Assembly (NCBI GenBank): GCA_964016885.1
Contig: OZ024765.1
Span: 10,168,001-10,232,000 of the forward strand
Source: Eledone cirrhosa
Lineage: Eukaryota
Direction of reading: 5' to 3'
DNA: 64,000 bases
The translations under genes were made by a program, and so were the position numbers. Below, one piece after another: positions 54,371 to 64,000 of this stretch. Each line of letters opens with the position of its first letter. Position 1 is the first letter of the stretch. The notes below the pieces were generated by a model. That model worked only from the letters and a program-made list of their open reading frames with translations. It ran no database searches and was not told the DNA's origin.

Positions 54371-54552
54371 AGCACCATTTTCTTTCTCTCTCTCTCTCTC
54401 AGCACCATTTTCTTTCTTTCTCTCTCTCAGCACCATTTTCTTTGTCTCTCTCTCTCTCAGCACCATTTTCTTTCTCTCTCTCTCTCAGCACCATTTTCTT
54501 TCTCTCTCTCTCTCAGCACCATTTGCTTTCTCTCTCTCTCTCAACGCCATTT

Positions 54553-54590
<38 letters not shown>

Positions 54591-54642
54591 CCATTTTCTT
54601 TGTCTCTCTCTCTCTCTCTCAGCACCATTTTCTTTCTCTCTC
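53830..54642. repeat. Compound (TC)n-AGCACCATTTT minisatellite
   Basis: Visible. Confidence 0.95.
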
Positions 54643-54689
54643 TCACACACACACACACATACACACACACACACATAATCTAACTTTAA

Positions 54690-54883
54690 AGGGCGGTGGA
54701 TTGACAGTATCGGTAGAGGGTCGGACGCCATACTTTCCAGCATAGAGTTATGTCCCTTTACGGTCTGAGTTCAAATCCCGTCGACGTTAACTTTCCCTTT
54801 CATCCTTACGGGGGTCTATAAAATAAAGTACCAGTAATACACTGGGATAATTGCTGGCCTTGTGCCAAAAGTAGAAACAATTA
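54690..54883 (+). mobile_element. ~190-bp tRNA-derived SINE family A; other copies 3033-3220(-), 18107-18292(-), 18595-18782(+), 41592-41783(-), 43813-43985(-), 44935-45123(-), 47400-47590(+), 51595-51784(-), 52600-52815(+), 55556-55948(+, two in tandem), 58916-59103(+)
   Basis: Consensus A box TGGCAGTATCGG, B box GAGTTCAAATCC, central GCCTTTCATCCTTACGGGGTCGATAAAATAAAGTACC, (ATT)n tail. Confidence 0.92.
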
Positions 54884-56179
54884 ATAATTTAGCTTTAAAT
54901 ATGTATATATATATATTGCCACGAAAAAAGCCATTAAAAAATCGCGGAAGATATTTACGATTCCGCGAATATAGGTTGGTTTCTACGAACAATTATTAGT
55001 TAGGTTCTAAGGAAAATTCCGCGAATGAAGGGGTACAGAGTGCATATATATATATATAAACATAATTTATACAAAGTTACCGAGGGGTAAATTCCTAGTA
55101 AAGTACTCTAAAACAAGAAACCTTCACAACCATTTTCCTCAAGGACGGGCGAAACTCCGGAGTAGCAACCGGTCACTTTTTTACCTTAATATAAATGAAT
55201 ATTAAAACTCTACTTCGGTATTGAGTACTCCTTTCTCTCAGCCGTAAACCACGTACGGGGATATATATATATACAGAGGGGACTGAGGTTAGCTGGACAT
55301 GCTCACCGACATCCAGAGTTGACACTGCGCTCGGTGGTCCTGTGGAAGCCCCTACATGGACACACTAGAAGAGAGAGGGCCGAGGTTGACATATGTTGAT
55401 GCCCTAAGGACAGACACTGGTCTGTTGGAGACGCAGGGTATAGCAATGATGATGAGGGACAGGAACTGCTGGAGAGAACTCGTCCATAGATCTCGGGAAT
55501 TGGACCCGTCCTAGATAGATATAATTTCTTCTTGATCATTAACATTAATATAAAAAGGGCAGTGGATTGGCAGTATCAGTAGAGGGTCGGACGCCATGCT
55601 TTCTAGCATAGAGTTACGTCCCTTTACGGACTGAGTTCAAATCCCTCCAAGGTTAACTTTGCCTTTCATCCTTACGGGGTCGATAAAATAAAGTACCAGT
55701 AATGTACTGGGTAATTGCTGGCCTTGTGCCAAAAGTAGAAACAATTAATATAAAAAGGGCTGTAGATTGGCAGTATCGGTAGAGAGTCGGACACCATGCT
55801 TTGAAGCATAGAGTTACGTCCCTTTATGATCTGAGTTCAAATCCCGCCGAGGTTAACTTTGCCTTTCATCCTTACAGGGTCGATAAAATAAAGTACCAGT
55901 AATGTACTGGGTAATTGCTGGCCTTGTGCCAAAAATAGAAACAATTAATATAAAAAAATAAGAATCATGGCCCTGGTCGACAGGCAGATGCCTTGTCTGG
56001 GACGTCACAGTTAATGATTCTTTTGCTTCTTCCGCGAGTTGGAATGGCTCTTCCAGCGCATCTCCCTTGCCATCCTCCGGAGAAATGCCTTCTCCATTCT
56101 GTTTTGCCGGGGCTGTGGGGATGCCAGTACTTGGGACCCCATTTGCTCACCATACGATTTAATAAGCAAAGTTATAACC

Positions 56180-56468
56180 CATTGTAAATAAATGCTGCGG
56201 TTATGGCGAGAGCCATAGTTTCCACAGCCGAACGGAACAAAATCCTAAAGTCCCGTGATTTGTCGGCCAACTACATTTTCCAGCCAGTAGCGTTCGAGCC
56301 GTTTGGGGGAGTCGGGCTACTGACTGCGAGATTCCTAGCTTCACTGGCGGCTTGCCTAATAGAGGTAACTGGTGAAGCTCGTGAGATCGCTTGGTTGCTT
56401 CTACGCATCAACCTCACCATCACCTGAGGTAACGCTGCCAGTGTGCTGGCTTACCTCAAAAATCATTA
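56180..56468 (+). mobile_element. CRE-clade non-LTR retrotransposon C-terminal fragment
   Basis: YIFQPVAFEPFGGVG...EIAWLLLRINLTIT*GNAASVL matches the F.P.A.E..G / GNA motif. Confidence 0.65.
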
Positions 56469-56774
56469 GAGAGGTTTCCCAGTACTGTTATCGTTGACTC
56501 TGGTAGCGGCTCAACTGTCCACCCCTTTCGCCTACTTTTTGTTGTATGTAGTCCCAGATGTGTTTTATTTTTTTATTATTATTATTTTTATAATTTTTTT
56601 ACCCGATTTAGGGTTTTTTGGGGGTGGGGTGGGGGGAGAAGGTCCTCAAATTTCATATAGCTTAGGGCCTCGCCTCAACAAGTGAAGGTCTGGCCATGTA
56701 TTTCACATAAAAATATATTAAACATACTATTAAAAAAGTCATTTATTTGTTTACATTAAAATGTCATTCAATGA

Positions 56775-56919
56775 TTGCGTCACGTGGTCACAGAAGATGA
56801 TCTTTCCACAAATTTAAAATCCGTAGAATGTTTTATGTCAGCGTTTACAGTGTCCAAGTTCGTTTTATAGAATGTATTACCGAAATTAGTTTTGGCAGGA
56901 TGAACGAGTCTACACTTGG
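56775..56919 (+). promoter_or_regulatory. Candidate promoter and non-coding first exon for the 62874 gene (CRE-like TTGCGTCA overlapping E-box CACGTG; donor GG|GTGAGC)
   Basis: Apparently unique, CpG-containing island among repeats; motif at 56775-56787. Confidence 0.4.
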
Positions 56920-57179
56920 GTGAGCTTTCGAAAGCCTTTTTATGGATTTTACTTTCTTTTCTTCTTTTCTTTTCTTCTTTTTCTAATTTCTAATTTGATG
57001 TCGTCTAATACGATCAATTTTGGGCGAGGAGGGCTCTTAACGAGGCCTGTGAAGTTTTGCTTTCAATCCTTACGTTTTTGTAGGGTTTTTTGTTGTTTTA
57101 TGAGTTGATTACCAACGAACTGTCAGAGTCGTTAGAACGTCAGATAGAATACTTTATGGTATTCGACCCAGCTCTCTAT

Positions 57180-57845
57180 TCTCTGAGTTCAAATCCCACA
57201 GAGGTCAACTATGTCTTTCATCCTCTCGAGGTCGATAAAATAAAGTACCAGTCTAGTACTGGGGTGGATTCTTCCTCTATATCTCTTTCTCATTCCCTCT
57301 CTCACTTTCTTTCTCTGGAAGAAATCTGCTGTACTGAGGCCTGGGGAGGTATGGTGTCCGCCAGGCTTAAAAATGCCGAGGTCAACTTTGTCTTTCATCC
57401 GTTTGGGGTCGATAAAAAGTACCAGTCTAGTACTGGGGTGGATTCTTCCTCTATACCTCTTTCTCACTTTCAATGTTTCTCGGGAACAAATCTGCTGTAC
57501 TGAGGCCTGGGGAGGTATGGTGTCCGCCAGGCTTAAAAATGCCGAGGTCAACTTTGTCTTTCATCCTTTCGGGGTCGATAAAAAGTACCAGTCTAGTACT
57601 GGGGTGGATTCTTCCTCTATACCTCTTTCTCACTTTCAATGTTTCTCGGGAACAAATCTGCTGTACTGAGGCCTGGGGAGGTATGGTGTCCGCCAGGCTT
57701 AAAAATGCCGAGGTCAACTTTGTTTTTCATCCTTTCGGGGTCGATAAAAAGTACCAGTCTAGTACTGGGGTGGATTCTTCCTCTATATCTCTTTCTCATT
57801 CCCTCTCTCACTTTCTTTCTCGGGAAGAAATCTGCTGTACTCAGG
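57180..57845. repeat. 166-bp tandem repeat (~3.7 copies) of a SINE central domain plus flank
   Basis: GAGGTCAACTTTGTCTTTCATCC recurs at ~166-nt spacing. Confidence 0.92.
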
Positions 57846-59819
57846 CATTTTTATTATATTTTACGTTATATTTTTAGGTTTATAGGCATTTTTATGGGCC
57901 AGGTCCAATATTCGCGGTTTTTCAATCTTCGCGGGCGCTCTAGGGACGTAACCCCCGCGAATACCGGGGACAATTGTATATAGAAGTCACACCACCCCCT
58001 CCCTCCCTACCCCCACTGGACAACATTTCACAGTCTTAAAAATATCAGACAACACCTTTAATGACATACCTGTCATTAAAGATGTTCAGGTGTTGGCTGA
58101 CATTGTTGTTTGGTAGGGTGGATGGGGGGGGAGGGATGTTGTGGTAGTGGTGGTGATGGCAGTGATGATGATGGTGGTAGTAGTGGTGATGGCAGTGGTG
58201 GTGGTGGTGGTGTTGGTGGTGGTGGTGGTGGTGTTGGTGATGGTGGTGGTAGTGATGATGGTGGTGGTGGTGTTGTAGTTATGTTGGTGTTGGTGGAGGT
58301 GGTAGTGATGGTGTTGGTGGTTGTGGTGGTAGTGATGTTGTTGGTGGTGGTGGTGGTGTTGTAGTGATGTTGGTGGTGGTGGTGGTGGTAGTGATGTTGT
58401 TGGTGGTGGTGTAGTGGTATTGGAGAAGGTGGTGGTGGTGGTGGTAGTAGTGATGTTGGTGGTAGTGGTCGTGTTGGTGGAGGTGGTAGTGATGTTGTTG
58501 GTGGTGGTGTTGTAGTGATGTTGTTGTTGGTGGTGGTGGTGGTAGTGATGTTGTTGGTGGTGGTGGTGGTGGTGTTGTAGTGATGTTGGTGGTGGTGGTG
58601 GTAGTGATGTTGTTGGTGGTGGTGTTGTGGTATTGGAGAAGGTGGTGGTGTCCCAAATATATAAAAAGCTGAACACCAATCTCATAGCTGACATTTTAAT
58701 GCAGGAAGTGAGGGCATAAGACCCCCACTTTAACACCAGCTTCTTTAGGTAAGTAGAAGTTGTTGTTACTGTTGTTATAGCCCTATCTAAGTCCTGGTCC
58801 GGCTGTCCAAAGATCTAAGGCGTTCCAGCCACGACCACCCACCTTTTAGAGGGAGGAGGGCATAATTTGGGCAACTCTAACCCTAACCCATGCATCTTTT
58901 TAATTAATATTGTAAGGGCGGTGGATTGGCAGTATCGGTAGAGGGTCGGACGCCATGCTTTGACGCATAGAATTACGGCCCTTTATGATCTGAGTTCAAA
59001 TCCCGCTGAGGTTAACTTTGCCTTTCATTCTTACAGGGTCGATAAGATAAAGTACCAGTAATACACTGGGATAATTGCTGGCCTTGTGCCAAAAGTAGAA
59101 ACACATATAAGGAAGCATTGGTGATAGAGGTGGCGATGGTGGTATGTGTGATTTGGCTGCTATTTCTAGCAAGTTGAATGACTACGTAGAGACTCCTTTG
59201 TTGGTTTGTTCTTAGGTAATATATATATGCATATATAAGTGTGTATGTGTGTGAGTGTCATGTGTGGTGTTGCTTCTTCGATGGACGGCCCCTGTGTGTG
59301 TATATATATATATACATATAAATATATATTGTTATACTTGGGGAGGGTCATATTGTTATAATATTGCCAGAAATAATAACAGAACACACTCACTGTTTGG
59401 TTGGTTTTCGCTTCTGTATCTTTTATATCTCCATAGTTAATTTATTTGGCAATCAATGTTTATCATTGATTGACCAATGGATAAAAATACAGATATAAAT
59501 ATATATATATAGTCTATCAAAGTTCTTTCGTTGCACATATGCAGCATCATCAGTGGTACTATTATGTTTCCCTCTGTTCTATTGTATGTGCAACGAAAGA
59601 ACTTTGATAGACTATAAATATATATTTATATACTCTTTCCTCATACATGCTTTAGTGACTGTATTGACTCCTGCATTGTACAGCAATTGTCCTTGCTTAT
59701 AACTTCTTACCCTGTGTTTTTTTTGCCTGTGATTTCTTTTGCTAGTGATTGTTTTGCATGTGCTTTTTACTTTTACTTACACATCCAATCAGTGCTGCCT
59801 GTAATTGTGTTATTTAATA

Positions 59820-60850
59820 ATAATAATGAGATTATTGTGTAAAGTGCTCAGGTGCACTACAACTCGTCAAAGGTGCATGTATAGTACATAGAATAATACA
59901 CAAATGTCAGGGAAGTGAATAGTGTATGAGTCATGAGATACATGTGTGTATGTTTATGGAGGGGGAACATCAGGTGTAGTGTTGGCGAATCTCGGGAAGC
60001 ATGGAGGCCTTAAAGGATGCAGTGTCTCGACAGCTAACAACTGATGCAGGTAGTTTGTTCCATGGAGGTTTTAAAGGATGCAGTGTCTCGACAGCTAACA
60101 ACCGATGCAGGTAGTTTGTTCCATGGAGGTTTTAAAGGATGCAGTGTCTCGACAGCTAACAACCGATGCAGGTAGTTTGTTCCATGGAGGTTTTAAAGGA
60201 TGCAGTGTCTCGACAGCTAACAACCGATGCAGGTAGTTTGTTCCATGGAGGTTTTAAAGGATGCTGTGTCTCGACAGCTAACAACCGATGCAGGTAGTTT
60301 GTTCCATGGAGGTTTTAAAGGATGCAGTGTCTCGAAAGCTAACAACCGATGCAGGTAGTTTGTTCCATGGAGGTTTTAAAGGATGCAGTGTCTCGACAGC
60401 TAACAACCGATGCAGGTAGTTTGTTCCATGGAGGTTTTAAAGGATGCAGTGTCTCGAAAGCTAACAACCGATGCAGGTAGTTTGTTCCATGGAGGTTTTA
60501 AAGGATGCAGTGTCTCGAAAGCTAACAACCGATGCAGGTAGTTTGTTCCATGGAGGTTTTAAAGGATGCAGTGTCTCGACAGCTAACAACCGATGCAGGT
60601 AGTTTGTTCCATGGAGGTTTTAAAGGATGCAGTGTCTCGAAAGCTAACAACCGATGCAGGTAGTTTGTTCCATGGAGATTTTAAAGGATGCTGTGTCTCG
60701 ACAGCTAACAACTGATGAAGGTAGTTTGTTCCATGCTTCAGCAACTCTGAGCGTGAAAAAATGTTTCCGAAAGTCATGGGAACTGTGCTGTTTTCTGCAA
60801 GCGGAACATCTTTTTAACTCCTGACTCTCCACATGATGCCTTTGACACAA
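59820..60850 (-). mobile_element. CR1/L2-like LINE 3' end with a 61-bp x12 internal satellite (60000-60735)
   Basis: HFFTLRVAEAWNKLPSSVVSCRDTASFK; an unexpanded copy lies at 49830-50085. Confidence 0.85.
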
Positions 60851-60919
60851 ATAACAACTATGTACCCTAAATGTTCTAAATGACTAGGATTCTAGTTACA
60901 CGTTTTCGACATTCCCTAT

Positions 60920-60964
60920 GCTCCGATGATTCCAGACTTCCCCCTGGAAGAAACAATTGTCAGC
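60920..60964 (+). ncRNA. Minimal type I hammerhead ribozyme (U4C variant)
   Basis: GCU-CCGAUGA-UUCCAG acuucccc CUGGAA-GAAAC AAUU GUC^AGC. Confidence 0.75.
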
Positions 60965-61111
60965 TAATAAATGTTCTAAACTAAATTTTTATCCGTTGGT
61001 CAATTAATGGTAAATATTTATTACCAAATAAATTAACTATGGAGATATAAAAGATACAGAAGTGAAAACCAGCCAAACAGTGAGTGTGTTCTGTTATTAT
61101 TTCTGGCAATG

Positions 61112-61180
<69 letters not shown>

Positions 61181-61370
61181 TTTCCTAATGATTTCCTTCG
61201 AATGAAACAGTACTCGTCCTGTAGAAGCCATTTCTATATCAAATATTTATGCTCTGCTATGTATGGATTGAATATCTTATTTACTGTGGTTACCACCAAA
61301 TGATCCCAGGATACACACACACATATATATATATGTATATATACATATATATATAATATAATATATAATA

Positions 61371-61433
<63 letters not shown>

Positions 61434-61649
61434 ATATATATATGATATATGTATACATAATATATATATATAATATATATATGATATATGTATACATAAT
61501 ATATATATATATAATATATATATCATATATGTATACATAATATATATATATAATATATAATATATATATGATATATGTATACATAATATATATATATATA
61601 TAATATATATATGATATATGTATACATAATATATATATATATATATAAT

Positions 61650-61692
<43 letters not shown>

Positions 61693-62056
61693 TATAATAT
61701 ATATATATATAATATATATAATATTATATATATATATATATATATATAATATATGTAATATAATATATATATATATATAATATATGTAATATAATATATA
61801 TATAATATATATATATATATAATATATATAATATAATATATATATATAATATATATATATAATATATATATAATATATATACATAATATATATACATAAT
61901 ATATATATATAATATATATAATATAATTATATATACATAATATATATAATATAATATATATATATAATATATATAATATAATATATATACATAATATATA
62001 TAATATAATATATATACATAATATATATAATATAATATATATACATAATATATATA

Positions 62057-62121
<65 letters not shown>

Positions 62122-62421
62122 TGATATATGTATACATAATATATATATATAATATATATATATAATATATAATATAATTGTTTCTACTTTTGGCACACGA
62201 CCAGCAATTATCCCAAGGCAAAGTTACCCTCGGTGGTATAATATATATATATGATATATATATACATATATATATAATATATAATATATATATATGATAT
62301 ATGTATACATATATATATAATATATAATATATATATATGATATATGTATACATATATATATAATAGATAATATATATATATACATATATAAATATATACA
62401 TACACACACACACATATAGAT

Positions 62422-62466
<45 letters not shown>

Positions 62467-62677
62467 AATATATACACACATATACATACACACATATATA
62501 TATACACACACACATATATATATACACACACACACACACATATATATATACACACACACACACATATATATACACACACACATATATATACACACACACA
62601 CACACATATATATACACACACACACACACATATATATATATACACACACACATATATATACACACACACACACACAC

Positions 62678-62811
<134 letters not shown>

Positions 62812-62873
62812 ACAACACCAATAACAAACATGGCTGTAATAATTCTACTTCTTCTGCCAATATCTCCACAGAT

Positions 62874-62945
62874 ATGGCAATAAGGACAATTCTTGTGGCC
62901 TTGATTCTTACCAGCACATTTAATGATTTCACCGAATCAGCCATG
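62874..62945 (+). CDS. First coding exon (signal peptide) of an unidentified secreted or membrane protein; continues beyond the window
   Basis: ctccacag|atATG MAIRTILVALILTSTFNDFTESAM|gtaagt. Confidence 0.6.
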
Positions 62946-63257
62946 GTAAGTATTCTTCTTATTCATCATCCACTTATTCCTGAGAGGGTTGTAGAGGGCA
63001 GAAGGTCCAGTCATCTGGAAGCAGCCATCCCCAAATGATCCTGATGGACCCCAAAGCAAGACCAGCTGAGCTCATAGATGTTATCCAACCATCTTGCCGA
63101 GAGTGGGTCTGCCTCTGAGTCTCCTGCAAGTTGGTTTTGCCCGTAAAAATCTATCCAGCAATTCTTTCCATAGACATTCTAACCAAATGTCTGTAGTATC
63201 AGGGCTGTGATTTTTCTTTCTCTCTCTTGATATATATATATATATAAATATGCGTGG

Positions 63258-63304
<47 letters not shown>

Positions 63305-63313
<9 letters not shown>

Positions 63314-63714
63314 AAGGTTTAGAAAATAAGGAAAAAGTTTCAAAATAAATTTTAAAAAATTAACTTTACCTACTATAGCTACCTTTACCGAATCGGTTTC
63401 GAATCTCAAAACTAAACGGAGACCATACGGCCTTCGTTGCAAAGAAAGATTCTCGTCAGAAGGTTCTTTACATTCGAAGAATATAAAATTCTCGAACTTA
63501 AATTAAAAACTGGCGCTATTCAAAATTGTTCCCGAGATGAGAGTGAATGAAGTAATAATAGAATATGTGTTCCTACACGCACAATGCGCTAAGGGACACA
63601 TGTATTGTCCAACCAAATGCCAATGTGGTTCAATGGCAGGTTAATAAATTAACGAGCCAGAACATATATAAACAAGGTTTAGCAAATAAGAAAAAAGTTT
63701 CAAAATAAATTTTA
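63305..63714 (-). mobile_element. Non-coding hammerhead-bearing element with ~50-bp direct terminal repeats (Penelope pLTR or retrozyme-like)
   Basis: tatataaacaaggtttag..aaataag.aaaaagtttcaaaataaatttta at 63306-63354 and 63666-63714. Confidence 0.6.
63381..63464 (-). ncRNA. Type I hammerhead ribozyme, canonical core
   Basis: ACCUU-CUGACGA-GAAUCUU...GAGAUUC-GAAA-CCG AUU CGG-UA^AAGGU; stems I, II and III all pair. Confidence 0.88.
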
Positions 63715-64000
63715 TATATATATATATATATAAATGAGGCAAGCATGCTCCATTGGATGTGCAGTGTAAATATGCGTCAACGACCCAGCATGAATGTGTT
63801 GAGAGAGAAACTGTGTCTGAGAGGGATAGAATGTAGTGTACGGGAGAGGAGACTGAGGTGGTATGGACATGTGATGCGTATGGAGGATGACCGATAGGTG
63901 AAGAAGTGCCAGGAAATGCCAGTTGAAGGAAGACGTGGTAGAGGTAGACCACGAAAAACATGGGCGGAGGTTGTGAGAACAGACCTCAGATCGTTGAAGC

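Larger units (their letters stand above)
59324..61115. mobile_element. Composite Penelope-like locus: ~135-bp inverted repeats (59350-59488 / 60984-61115), hammerheads at 59516-59556 (-) and 60920-60964 (+), nested CR1/L2-like 3' end
   Basis: Direct comparison of the arms; ~30-bp hairpin arms at 59510-59540 / 59585-59614. Confidence 0.55.

Noticed and set aside
53791-54678. Ser/Leu or Arg/Glu repeat ORFs and (TC)nAG acceptor-like array
   Set aside because: Compound microsatellite with no adjoining exon identified.
58875-58890. Telomere-like CTAACCCTAACCC
   Set aside because: Only about two units; compatible with chance.

Overview
Eukaryotic, repeat-dense animal DNA. The AT/CA/GGT microsatellites, tRNA-derived SINEs and short exons suggest a coleoid cephalopod such as Octopus; this is an inference. 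Splice signals and reading phase reconstruct four genes by hand. (1) The 5' nine coding exons of ERCC3/XPB (minus strand, ATG 16256, continuing off the left end). (2) A complete DUS3L (plus strand, 10 coding exons, 20438-35866, 755 aa), head-to-head with ERCC3. (3) A 3-exon, 103-aa secreted Tyr-rich protein with a degenerate chitin-binding (CBM14-like) Cys pattern (43204-45875). (4) The signal-peptide exon of a further secreted gene (62874-62945). Almost all long ORFs in the track are repeat artefacts. Highlights: at least 8 type-I hammerhead ribozyme motifs in Penelope-like/retrozyme-like remnants, one fully canonical (63381-63464, minus); an ERCC3 intronic minisatellite made of about 24 copies of the exon's own 3' splice site; many satellites seeded from SINE, MITE and LINE pieces, including about 52 copies of a SINE A-box; a coding tandem expansion in DUS3L; and inverted SINE pairs flanking phase-symmetric DUS3L exons.
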